Part shown: one piece after another, positions 54,993 to 63,499 of the stretch
Numbering within the stretch: position 1 is the stretch's first letter
Layout of the letters: each line of letters starts with the position of its first letter
DNA from: an uncultured Acidobacteriota bacterium
Lineage (GTDB): Bacteria > Acidobacteriota > UBA6911 > RPQK01 > JAPXNP01
Assembly (NCBI GenBank): GCA_963777605.1
Contig: CAVZRV010000027.1
Span: 540,982 to 604,981 of the forward strand
Length of the DNA: 64,000 nucleotides
Direction: 5' to 3'
Program-made: the position numbers and the translations under genes
The notes under the pieces: model-generated
Seen by the model: the letters and a program-made list of their open reading frames with translations, nothing else
Databases searched by the model: none
Told to the model about the DNA's origin: nothing

Positions 54993-56172
54993 ATGAACAC
55001 GATGTTTCAGAACGGTCAGAAGGTTTCAGTCAAGCGGGCGGGACAAGTGGTTTACGGTACGGTGACGGGTGAGGCCAAGGGCAAGATCCGAGTGCGGTGG
55101 CTCGAAGGGGACGGAGCGGAAAGCCGCGTGTCGCCGGAGCGGCTGAGCCTGGTTGAGGAGCAGGAACCGGCGGTGGTTCGGGAGAATCCCTTCCAACTGT
55201 TCACGGAGGCAGAAGGCTGGGAGCAGGCGACGGATCGGATCTGGAAGCTCATGCGGCGGGCCGTGAGCCGGGAGCCGGAAGACTTCGAGAAGGCGCAGGA
55301 GATCCTGTTCGGGATGCTGCGGAAGGAGACCGGGCTTGCGGGCTATCGCGTCCTCGATCACAGCCTCCCGAGAGGCCATCTTCCGCCGACTTCAAGACGT
55401 CTACACCGAGGACCCGGAAACGGCGTCCGTCACGGACACGCCCGCATCTTCGCCAGAGAGCCACGCGGCCATCGGCCTCAGTCCCGAGGAAGGAAACCCG
55501 GAACACGCCCCGACGGAGCGCACCCAAAAGGCCCGCAAGAGCCGGAAGTCTTCGGAAGAGCCCAACGCCGTGGCACCCAAGGGCGCAAAGAAGCGCAAGG
55601 GCACGGCAAAACCGCGTGCACAGAAACCGGCCGAGGGCAATTCCAAGACGGAGAGCGAACTTCGCGGCGTCAAATTCCAGAACGGTGACACGGTTCGGTT
55701 GGCCTCGGATGAGAAGCAGACTCTTGGAACGGTCCTTGGGTACGACGGGGACTCAGTGCGGGTCCAGTTCAAAGGGAAGAAGCGTCCCACGGTCCACAAT
55801 CCTCTCGGTCTGATCCTGGTGGAGCGGCCCAAGCGCGGCACAGCCGCTGGTCACTCTCCGGGTCAGGGAGAGGCATCCAGTGGCGCAGTTCAATCCTCTT
55901 CGGCCAGTGACCAGCCAGCGAACGGGACCGTGGCCCAAAAGACCAGCAACCGCCCGACAATCCTCGGGTTCTCGGTCTGTTCCGCCTGTGAGTGGATGGG
56001 AGTGGCCGGGTTTACGGTCGAGCAGGCTCAGGTGGTCATGACGCACTACGGGGTTAGCGACTACCTGAAGCCCGACAAGGTGAAGGCGTGTCTGAAGTAC
56101 GGCATCCGACGCGGACGGGGCGCCGCCTTCTCCCCGGAACAGGCCACCGAACTCCAGGCGCTCGTAGCGTAA
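54993..56172 (+). CDS. Hypothetical protein with two SH3/KOW-like repeats (frameshift near 55350)
   Basis: FQNGQKVSV...GTV...IRVRW and FQNGDTVRL...GTV...VRVQF; AAAGGAG RBS. Confidence 0.6.
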
Positions 56173-56243
56173 TCCAACCTCTCGGGCCGGGACGTAGCAG
56201 TTCCGGCCCCGACACTTCCCCGGTGTATCGAAGGAGAACGGCA

Positions 56244-56516
56244 ATGACGGAAGAACAACTGCGCGAGTTGAAAGATGTATACGGTGAGGATTCGGTGGTG
56301 TGTTCGGTTGGAAGCTGGACCGTAATCATGCTGGACCGGCCGGACGCGGAGACCATCGAGCGGCGGCTCAGCGAGTTTGACCCAACGAGCTTTCTCACGG
56401 ACGGCTGCCCCCTCTGTCAGCTTTTGGCCAGAGAAGGCGGCGAGATCGTTTACGACCAGACGGAAGTGACCACGGGGCGGAAACGACTTTCGCCAGTGAA
56501 ACGGGAGGCAAAGTAG
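56244..56516 (+). CDS. Small hypothetical protein (CPLC)
   Basis: AAGGAGAACGGCAATG start motif. Confidence 0.65.
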   Translation: MTEEQLRELKDVYGEDSVVCSVGSWTVIMLDRPDAETIERRLSEFDPTSFLTDGCPLCQLLAREGGEIVYDQTEVTTGRKRLSPVKREAK

Positions 56517-56747
56517 ATGGAGCGGCCAAAGGGAAAACTGACGGTTGGGGGCTTGCGGGTCATCGGCCTCCGTGTTTCGATGGACGCTGACGGCCGGATC
56601 TACGTCCGGATCGTCGACGAACGGGAAACGGTGCACCTGTGCGTCTTCGACAGCTGGCAGCAGGCGCTGGTCTCGCTGCCCCGCTGGACGCACGACCGGG
56701 ACATGGCCGACGTAATCGCAAGATCCGTGAGGAAGATGGTGGCATGA
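56517..56747 (+). CDS. Small hypothetical protein
   Basis: GGGAGG RBS; abuts the upstream stop codon. Confidence 0.6.
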   Translation: MERPKGKLTVGGLRVIGLRVSMDADGRIYVRIVDERETVHLCVFDSWQQALVSLPRWTHDRDMADVIARSVRKMVA

Positions 56748-56748
56748 G

Positions 56749-57147
56749 ATGAAGAAGATCGTCTCCCTGGGACTGACCGATCCGGTGATTGACATCCTCA
56801 AGGAGCGGTCCGTCCCCTTTAACAACACGTATTCGATGTCTTCGACCGCCGGACGGATGATCGAGCGGTACCACGCCCTCATGACCCGGGCCAAGCTCCC
56901 GCTGAAGCCGACCGAGCGGCAGATGCTCCTGCATCTGCTCCGCTACGAGCGGCTTTCGGTCCAGAACATCCGGCACCTGGACTTGTATGTCCGGCAGAAA
57001 CTGAAGTCGAGCACCATCCAGTCCGCATATCCAAACATCGATCCCGACTCCCTGCTCGATCGGCTGAAAGCCCTCCCCTTCGCCAGCCGACTCAGGCTCA
57101 TGGATTGGATCGAAGATCAGGCCATGCTCCAGCTCCGCCAGAAGTAA
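56749..57147 (+). CDS. Putative ribbon-helix-helix-like regulator
   Basis: N-terminal strand KKIVSLGL followed by helices DPVIDILKER and SSTAGRMIERY; last gene of the operon. The fold is inferred by eye. Confidence 0.45.
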   Translation: MKKIVSLGLTDPVIDILKERSVPFNNTYSMSSTAGRMIERYHALMTRAKLPLKPTERQMLLHLLRYERLSVQNIRHLDLYVRQKLKSSTIQSAYPNIDPDSLLDRLKALPFASRLRLMDWIEDQAMLQLRQK

Positions 57148-57296
57148 CTCGGTGCCCGTAGCCCCGTCATCCGTTGGGTCTGGTACGGGTTACGGTCGCC
57201 GACCTCCGTTTGCCAAAGTGAAGGAATCGAGACACCGCCCCACGAGGTGACGCCGTGAAACGCTTCCAATTCATCGGGTCACTGGGAGGGACAACT

Positions 57297-58304
57297 TCAA
57301 TTGATTAGGGTCGACGTCTCCAGCACAACTCCATCCGGTCCGACGCTGAAGATTTCGTACGCGTCCTGGTCCCAGCCGGAGCCTAAGGTGACCACGAAGT
57401 CCTGGCCGTCCAAAGAGAAGAGTGCGATAGGTGTAATGCTCTGGACGCTTTTGTAGTCGCAGTCACTCAAATCGGCTCTGGGGTCGAGAATAGACAATTT
57501 TCCATGGGTACTCTCGAGAAACCAGGTGGAGAAGTGAGTTACGGAGTTACAGCCGGCATCGTGGAAGTTCTCGGGCTTGGGGTATTCCCTAACTGCCTCC
57601 AGCCGGTAAAGTGCCCGACCGGCCGCCAGAGAACCCCGCCAGAGTTCGATACCTTCGAATGGTGCCCCTTGTCGTGCCTGTTCTTCGATCGGATGTCCTT
57701 CAAATCGCAGGCGCCCTTCAATCGGATTGAACTTGGAGAGGAAGAGGGCGATGGACTCCGCTTCCAACTCTTCCCACTTCGCTCTGACTTCTGAAAGAAG
57801 ATCTTTGGCTTGCTCAGAACCGGGGTCGATCCTTTCGAAGGGCCGTTCGAAAACGGGAAGATTGCTGACCAGTCCGAGCTTCGGATCAGGACAGCATTGA
57901 TAGCATTTCGGCTCCGTCAGTGGTAACTCGGTTGAAATCGCCCAATACTTGTTGCAGTGGGTATCGAGCCAGACCACCTCTGACACGGCAATTTCTCTCT
58001 GTTCCCCTCCAAACGGTAGGAACCACCAGTGCGCAGGCAATCGTCCGGCATCGCCCAACTCCTCAATCAGCAACTGCCGTACTTTACGAGGCCCATCCTC
58101 TCGGCCGAGGTCATAGGTTTCGCGCCATTCGTTCGTCCAGGCTCCAGAGCGGTAGAACGCGAATGGAATGACCGGCCCTTGAGATACGCCAAGGAACACC
58201 GCTTCGCGAGCGGAACCCTCAACGGGCTGGGCGATAAGCATAGATGACGCTGATAATAGCCCGAGAAGAACTACTAGCCTTTGTCTGAACGTTGGCCGCC
58301 TCAC
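57297..58304 (-). CDS. Secreted hypothetical protein with paired Cys
   Basis: Signal peptide; 335-aa ORF in opposite orientation between the two element operons. Confidence 0.65.
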   Translation of the reverse strand: MRRPTFRQRLVVLLGLLSASSMLIAQPVEGSAREAVFLGVSQGPVIPFAFYRSGAWTNEWRETYDLGREDGPRKVRQLLIEELGDAGRLPAHWWFLPFGGEQREIAVSEVVWLDTHCNKYWAISTELPLTEPKCYQCCPDPKLGLVSNLPVFERPFERIDPGSEQAKDLLSEVRAKWEELEAESIALFLSKFNPIEGRLRFEGHPIEEQARQGAPFEGIELWRGSLAAGRALYRLEAVREYPKPENFHDAGCNSVTHFSTWFLESTHGKLSILDPRADLSDCDYKSVQSITPIALFSLDGQDFVVTLGSGWDQDAYEIFSVGPDGVVLETSTLIN

Positions 58305-58391
58305 TTTACTCTCGGCCTCCTGACCAACCCATTCTCCTTCCTGTCCACTAAAGTTTCAAGGGTCTTAGACTCCGCACGCGACGCACTTCTT

Positions 58392-58458
58392 GCTGATTTC
58401 TCCCGATTCAGTCGATTTCAGCATTGATCATCTTATTAAGACTGTCTAGCTTCAGCCC
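58392..58458 (+). promoter_or_regulatory. Sigma70 promoter with operator palindrome (copy B)
   Basis: TTGATC (58424-29), 17-bp spacer, TAGCTT (58447-52); palindrome TCTTATTAAGA at 58431-41; aligns with copy A over about 68 bp. Confidence 0.72.
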
Positions 58459-58518
58459 ATGGACAGAGACGAACGGTTTGGAAGGATCAACAGAGTGAAT
58501 AAGGGAAGGAAGCACACC

Positions 58519-58749
58519 ATGCGAGTCAGCACGACCCAATTCGAGTTCAGTCACGGGAGAAAGCCCAAAGGCACCGGGCTCTGGCTCTTTTCGGTCAAGT
58601 TTGCAGACGGCGACAGCGCGGTGTTCGAGTTCAACGGCAAGTTCTCGGACGCCAAGCAGGCGGCACTGGCTGAAGCCAGGAGGCTCAATCGGAGCAGCGA
58701 CCCGCAACAAGTCTGGAAGGACGTGGTGGAGGTTGAGGTCCTGCCCTGA
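58519..58749 (+). CDS. Small phage/plasmid hypothetical protein
   Basis: SHGRKPKGTGLWLF motif; first gene after promoter B. Confidence 0.65.
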   Translation: MRVSTTQFEFSHGRKPKGTGLWLFSVKFADGDSAVFEFNGKFSDAKQAALAEARRLNRSSDPQQVWKDVVEVEVLP

Positions 58750-58771
58750 CCGCACACAAAGGAGAACGGCA

Positions 58772-59609
58772 ATGGCAACACAGATGGATGCAATCACGGA
58801 ACGGATCGTGAAAATGCTGGAACAGGGCGTGCCGATCTGGCGGAAGAGCTGGACCAGCATGATGCCCCGAAACGTCGAGGGGCGGAAGTACCGGGGCATT
58901 AACGTGCTCCTGCTGGCAACCGCCGGGTTCGGCTCCCCGTACTGGCTCACCTTCAACCAGTGCAAGAGCCTCGGCGGATACGTCAAACGGGGCGAAAAGG
59001 GGACGCAGGTCATCCTGCTCAAGCCCTGTACGCGCGAGGACAAGGAATCGCGGCGAGGAACGGACCTACTGGCTGACCCGCACTTACACGGTCTTCAACC
59101 TCGACCAGACCGACGGGATACCGGAGGGCCGGCTACCGAAGCTTCCCTTCTCGGGCAACGAACCGCTGGCACAGGCGGAATCCATTGTGGCGGGCTACCA
59201 GGATGGCCCCGTAGTGAAGAACGACAGCCTCCGGGCCTTCTACTGCCCCAGGACCGATGAGGTCTACGTCCCCGCGCTGGCTCAATTTGAGAACCCGGCG
59301 CAATTTTACAGTGTCCTGTTTCATGAACTCGCGCACTCGACCGGAATTCCCAAGCGGCTCCACCGTTTCGAGGCCGATAAGCCCCACGCCCACGGCAGCG
59401 AGGAGTACGGCTACGAAGAACTGGTCGCTGAGATGACGGCGGCGTTCCTCTGCGGACAGTGTGGCTTGGACCGGACCACGATGGAAACCTCAGCGGCCTA
59501 CCTTCAGGGCTGGCTCCAGGTCATCAAGAAGGACGTGCGGCTGATCACACGGGCGGCGTCAGCCGCACAGCTCGCATTTGACCGGATCATCGGTGATGGA
59601 GGGTGTTAA
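58772..59609 (+). CDS. ardC: ArdC-family antirestriction/ssDNA-binding protein (frameshift near 59050)
   Basis: W.KSW...PRN...KYRGIN...YWLTFNQ...GG.VKRGEKG N-domain; AFY...D...P, HELAHSTG and YGYEELVAE zincin-like domain. Confidence 0.88.
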
Positions 59610-59831
59610 GCCTGCCACTGAACATAACTCTCTTTCTGTCCAGCAGGCGGCACACGTCCGCGCGATTCGGATTGTGTAGTGACACTTGATGGGACGAGGA
59701 CAAATCAAAGATGGCGTTTGGCTTCAGATTCTCGTTCAAGAACCGCAGACTGGCCTCCCAGCCGTGAGTGCGGTCTGCGGTCTTGGTGCAACTCGGTCAG
59801 AAAGCCCCGTGGGACGGGCGTCTTGGGCAAA

Positions 59832-59885
59832 TGCCCGGGACGGGAATCGAACCCGTACGGGGGTTCCCCCCCACAGGATTTTAAG
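59832..59885 (-). repeat. att-like 3' half of tRNA-Leu(TAA), copy 1
   Basis: Reverse complement CTTAAAATCCTGTGGGGGGGAACCCCCGTACGGGTTCGATTCCCGTCCCGGGCA: anticodon loop, long variable arm, T arm and acceptor strand; no 5' half. Confidence 0.85.
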
Positions 59886-60046
59886 ACGCTTCCTTGAAAC
59901 CGTGAAAAGTTAAGAAAAGCTAACAAATTCAAAAGGTTCCGGATTTCTCGCCAATCCCTAAAACGTGAATTCTTGAGTCTTCCTAACATCTCGACCGGGC
60001 GAAATGCGGGAACAAAGAAACCGCTACTGCTGTCTAAGCAGTTGAG

Positions 60047-60739
60047 ATGTGGGGTTGTTTCCAGCTTGTCCTCGTCCTCCAAGCTCTCTCCTGCACTGTG
60101 CCGTCGACTCCTACCCATGCAACGCCAGACCTCCAGGGCTTCATCAAGGAAGTCACCAAGTTTGACCAGCCGGGGAGAGTCATCGGAGAGTTCTCCGTCT
60201 TTCGGAACGAGGGAGGCCGATTTGAGCCTTCAGATGAGAATCTCGTCGCCTCAATAACGGTCGCCGCCGCTACTGAGATCTATCTCGAACCGCTCAAGCG
60301 CGCTGATTTCGACGCTTTGAAACCGGGGTTGTTCGTCAAAGTCTGGCTTCAGCCGAACGTGCACCCTACCTATCCCCTTCAGGCTGTCGCTAAGGCTATC
60401 GTGATCCAAGGCTCTCAGATCGTGAACAGGCCACCGCCTCCCGGCGTTCGAGAACCGATTCGGGTCGGGGCGCGCGTTCAGGAACGGAAACTCCGGGTGT
60501 TCGTCCCGCCGGTCTATCCTGAGGCTCTCAGACAGGAAGGAATTGAGGACACGATCCTGCTCCAGGTGACGGCCGACAAGACGGGAAGTGTCGTGGACGT
60601 GAGAACCATTCGAGGGAATCGCCAACTGGCGGAGGCCGCAACCCAGGCAGTCAGACAATGGAAATGGGAGCCCACTTACCTCGGCGGGGAACCGGTGTCA
60701 GTCATCTTCACCGTCGCGATCACCATGAAGCCCGACTAG
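60047..60739 (+). CDS. TonB C-terminal domain protein with a DUF3221/YobA-like N-domain
   Basis: PIRVG...PPVYPEAL...G.V.DV......LAEAA.QAVRQWKWEP..LGGEPV; N-part LKPG..VKVW......YP.QA.A..IVI. Confidence 0.75.
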   Translation: MWGCFQLVLVLQALSCTVPSTPTHATPDLQGFIKEVTKFDQPGRVIGEFSVFRNEGGRFEPSDENLVASITVAAATEIYLEPLKRADFDALKPGLFVKVWLQPNVHPTYPLQAVAKAIVIQGSQIVNRPPPPGVREPIRVGARVQERKLRVFVPPVYPEALRQEGIEDTILLQVTADKTGSVVDVRTIRGNRQLAEAATQAVRQWKWEPTYLGGEPVSVIFTVAITMKPD

Positions 60740-60819
60740 CCACTCTGCCGAATTGAAGCTTGTCATCGACTCGGTTCAGCACTTCACACGGCCGAAATCA
60801 ATTTCGCACTTTGGCCAAC

Positions 60820-60876
60820 TGCCCGGGACGGGAATCGAACCCGTACGGGGGTTCCCCCCCACAGGATTTTAAGTCC
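60820..60876 (-). repeat. att-like 3' half of tRNA-Leu(TAA), copy 2
   Basis: 54 bp identical to copy 1 plus 3 more tRNA-like bases (GGA); D arm and 5' acceptor strand absent. Confidence 0.85.
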
Positions 60877-60899
60877 GTTGCTCATTATTGATGTCAGCC

Positions 60900-60914
60900 C
60901 ATCCTATTAAGATG
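60900..60914. promoter_or_regulatory. Third operator-like site
   Basis: CATCCTATTAAGATG: the 11-bp core has one mismatch to TCTTAWTAAGA. Confidence 0.45.
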
Positions 60915-61157
60915 CCCGCTGGCGACAGGTCCTACCGGCTGGCGACCTTCCGAGGTCCTACCAGTAAGACACTCCGGCGACCTAGCCCGATGGATGGCTA
61001 GGGAACCGTGGCTGTCTCTCCTTAGGCCGCAATTCCACACGACGTGAACGCTAACTCCCACGTCGGTGGCGGTCTCTCCAGCCATCCTCGGGCGCATCGG
61101 CCAGAGGAACCGCCTGTGAGGTTCAAAAACGAAACCAGCGATAGCGACAGTCCACGT

Positions 61158-61517
61158 GTGCCTGATGAACGCCCGGGTCATCCCGTACTCAACCCCGATG
61201 GCCGCGAGATCCGCATCCCCGCATGGGCGATGCAGGAACTGCGGCAGGCGGGGCTTCTGAAGAAGAACCGGGAACGGGGCCTGTGGCAGATCAAGCCCGA
61301 AATCCATCTGTTCCTCAGCGAGTCCACGCTGTTCTTTGCGAACGTGGCCCCGCGACGTTCCGCCCCGTCCCATGCCCCGAGGCATTACCTGGAGGGGCGC
61401 GGCTCCAGCTCCGGTTCCCGGCTCATCAACCTGCTCGGCAAAGACCTCTCCGGCCCTGCGATCGTCAGCTGCAACTGCGAGGAGTGCCGGTTGCTGCCGG
61501 TAAAGAAAGGCCAGTGA
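61158..61517 (+). CDS. Phage hypothetical protein (start uncertain)
   Basis: ORF ending in CNCEEC and overlapping the next start. Confidence 0.45.
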   Translation: MPDERPGHPVLNPDGREIRIPAWAMQELRQAGLLKKNRERGLWQIKPEIHLFLSESTLFFANVAPRRSAPSHAPRHYLEGRGSSSGSRLINLLGKDLSGPAIVSCNCEECRLLPVKKGQ

Positions 61518-61663
61518 TGACCTACCGGCAACGGATGCGGCAGGAGCGGGATCGCGCAGTCGCGGCGTTCCACCTGGCTCTCACGTGGACAGACGTGCGC
61601 TGGCTGCGCTCCATCAAAGTCGAAATCGAAGCCCCTTTGGAAAAGGCGGAGAAACGCCCATGA
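61517..61663 (+). CDS. Small phage hypothetical protein
   Basis: TGATG and ATGA translational coupling on both sides. Confidence 0.5.
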   Translation: MTYRQRMRQERDRAVAAFHLALTWTDVRWLRSIKVEIEAPLEKAEKRP

Positions 61664-61993
61664 GTCTTGTCGTCATCACCAAGAACATCATTTCCGGCAC
61701 CCACTACTGGCCCGACGCCCCGGAGGAGGTTTCGTTCCTGCGGTTTCCCGCACCGCCACGACTTCCATATCCGCTGCGAGATCCCCGTGGACCACAAAGA
61801 CCGGGAGAAGGAGATTTTCCTGCTCCAAGCGCAGGTGCACCGGACGGTCTGTGGCGTGTTCGGGGAGCCACCGTGCGACTTCGGCATGATGTCGTGCGAA
61901 GCGATCGCAGAGTACATCGCCGTCAACCTTGGCGCGAGTGCAGTTGAGGTGCTGGAGGATGGCGCAGGAGGCGCACGCTATGAAGCTCGTTAA
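61660..61993 (+). CDS. Phage QueD-like (6-PTPS/T-fold) protein, frameshift near 61748
   Basis: Joined translation: GTHYWPDAPEEVSFLRFPHRHDFH...DREKEIF...MSCEAIA...VEVLEDG. Confidence 0.65.
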
Positions 61994-62609
61994 GTTCGAA
62001 CTCGACACGTTGACCCTTGACCCGGAGAACGCCCGGCTCCACTCGGACCGCAACATCGAAGTCATCGCGCAGTCACTGGAGAAGTTCGGCCAGCAGAAGC
62101 CCATCGTGGTGGACGGCGAGAACGTGGTGGTGGCCGGAAACGGCACCGTCCTGGCCGCTCGGAAGCTCGGCTGGCAGGCGGTCTACGGCGTACGCAGCGA
62201 CCTGAACGGCATGGACCGGCGGGCCTACGCCATCGCGGACAACCGCGCCACGGATACCTCCCAGTGGGACTTCGCGCAACTGATCCGGCAACTGGACGAG
62301 ATCGAACAGGAGATGGGCGATACGGCCTTTACCGGCTTTTCGGACTTTGACGTGGCCGACCTGCGGGCCATGTTGGACGGCGCGCCGGACCCGGATGCGT
62401 TACAGGCCAAGCACGGAAAACCGCAGGAAGAGGAAACGTGGCCGGTGCTGAAGATCCAGATCTCCCCGGAAACGATGGAACTGCACCGAAGCCTGATGGA
62501 CCAGGCCCCAGGGAAGAACGAGGCCGAAAAGTACGCCTGGATGCTCAGTTGCGTGGACCGTGCGGCCATGGCCGAAATCAACGGGACGCCTCTGGAGCAG
62601 GTGCAGTGA
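61980..62609 (+). CDS. ParB/Srx N-terminal domain protein
   Basis: NARLH...IAQSLEKFGQQKPIVVD...AGNG...AARKLG...YAIADNR motif. Confidence 0.88.
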   Translation: MKLVKFELDTLTLDPENARLHSDRNIEVIAQSLEKFGQQKPIVVDGENVVVAGNGTVLAARKLGWQAVYGVRSDLNGMDRRAYAIADNRATDTSQWDFAQLIRQLDEIEQEMGDTAFTGFSDFDVADLRAMLDGAPDPDALQAKHGKPQEEETWPVLKIQISPETMELHRSLMDQAPGKNEAEKYAWMLSCVDRAAMAEINGTPLEQVQ

Positions 62610-63499
62610 AACTGCGCATTCTCGTTTCGTACTGGTACTTCAAGTCGACGAACCTTCGGAAGATGATTGCGGAGTTCGAGGAGCCGCCGGAGGTCTTTGC
62701 GGATTCCGGGGCGTTTTCGGCCTTCAACTTCAACGAGACGTTGGACGTGCGGGAGTACGGCGAATGGCTCCTCAAACACCGCGACCTCTTTACGGTCTAC
62801 GCCAACCTTGACGACAAGAAGAGCATCGACAACTCGCTCAAGAATCAGGCGTACCTCGAAAGCCTTGGGCTTTCGCCGCTTCCGGTCTTTCACGCCGGGG
62901 AGCCGTGGTCGGTACTGGAGGACATGCTCCGGTCATATGACTACGTGGCCCTCGGGGGCTTGGCCGGAGCGTCCGTCACGTCCACGGCGCTGTTTAAGTG
63001 GCTGGTGGAGTGTTTCCGGCGGGCCAAGGAACACGAGGTCGTCTACCACGGCTTCGGCATGACGACGTGGAACTGGTTGAAGTGGCTCAAGTGGTACTCG
63101 GTCGATTCCTCGTCCTGGGGCAGTTCCTTCCGCTACGGCTCCGTCGTCCTGTTCAATCCGCGCACCGGCAAGTTCCAGAAGATGAAGCTCGGGGACTGGA
63201 AGGTCTGTTTCGAGAACCGGGAACTGCTGCGCGAGTACGGCGTGGACCCGAAGGACATTGCGGACCGGAGCCGCAACAAGCGGGCCACGCTCTGCGTGCT
63301 CTCGGCCATGTCCTACCAGAAGGCGGAACAGTGGATTCGCAAGCTCAACGGCGAGGTGGAGCGCAAGAGCAAGCAGAACGGCCCCGGCTTCAAAGTCTAC
63401 TTGGCGGACGGCTCCACAACGAACCTGATTGACGCCGGGAAGGGGCTGAAGGTCTACCTCGCCGGGACGAACCTGCAAGGAGGGCAACTCCTGGGATGA
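62606..63499 (+). CDS. TGT-fold transglycosylase, DpdA-like
   Basis: ADSGAFS, ANLD, PVFH, VALGG, HGFG and SVDSSSW motifs. Confidence 0.75.
   Translation: MKLRILVSYWYFKSTNLRKMIAEFEEPPEVFADSGAFSAFNFNETLDVREYGEWLLKHRDLFTVYANLDDKKSIDNSLKNQAYLESLGLSPLPVFHAGEPWSVLEDMLRSYDYVALGGLAGASVTSTALFKWLVECFRRAKEHEVVYHGFGMTTWNWLKWLKWYSVDSSSWGSSFRYGSVVLFNPRTGKFQKMKLGDWKVCFENRELLREYGVDPKDIADRSRNKRATLCVLSAMSYQKAEQWIRKLNGEVERKSKQNGPGFKVYLADGSTTNLIDAGKGLKVYLAGTNLQGGQLLG

Noticed and set aside
59832-60876. Functional tRNA-Leu genes
   Set aside because: Both copies lack the D arm and the 5' acceptor strand.
589-61993. Numerous frameshifts read as pseudogenes or programmed frameshifting
   Set aside because: Single-base indels are scattered through unrelated and otherwise intact genes (kinase, sulfatase, isomerase, NUDIX, ardC, QueD-like). 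Sequencing error is the simplest explanation, and read polishing would decide it.
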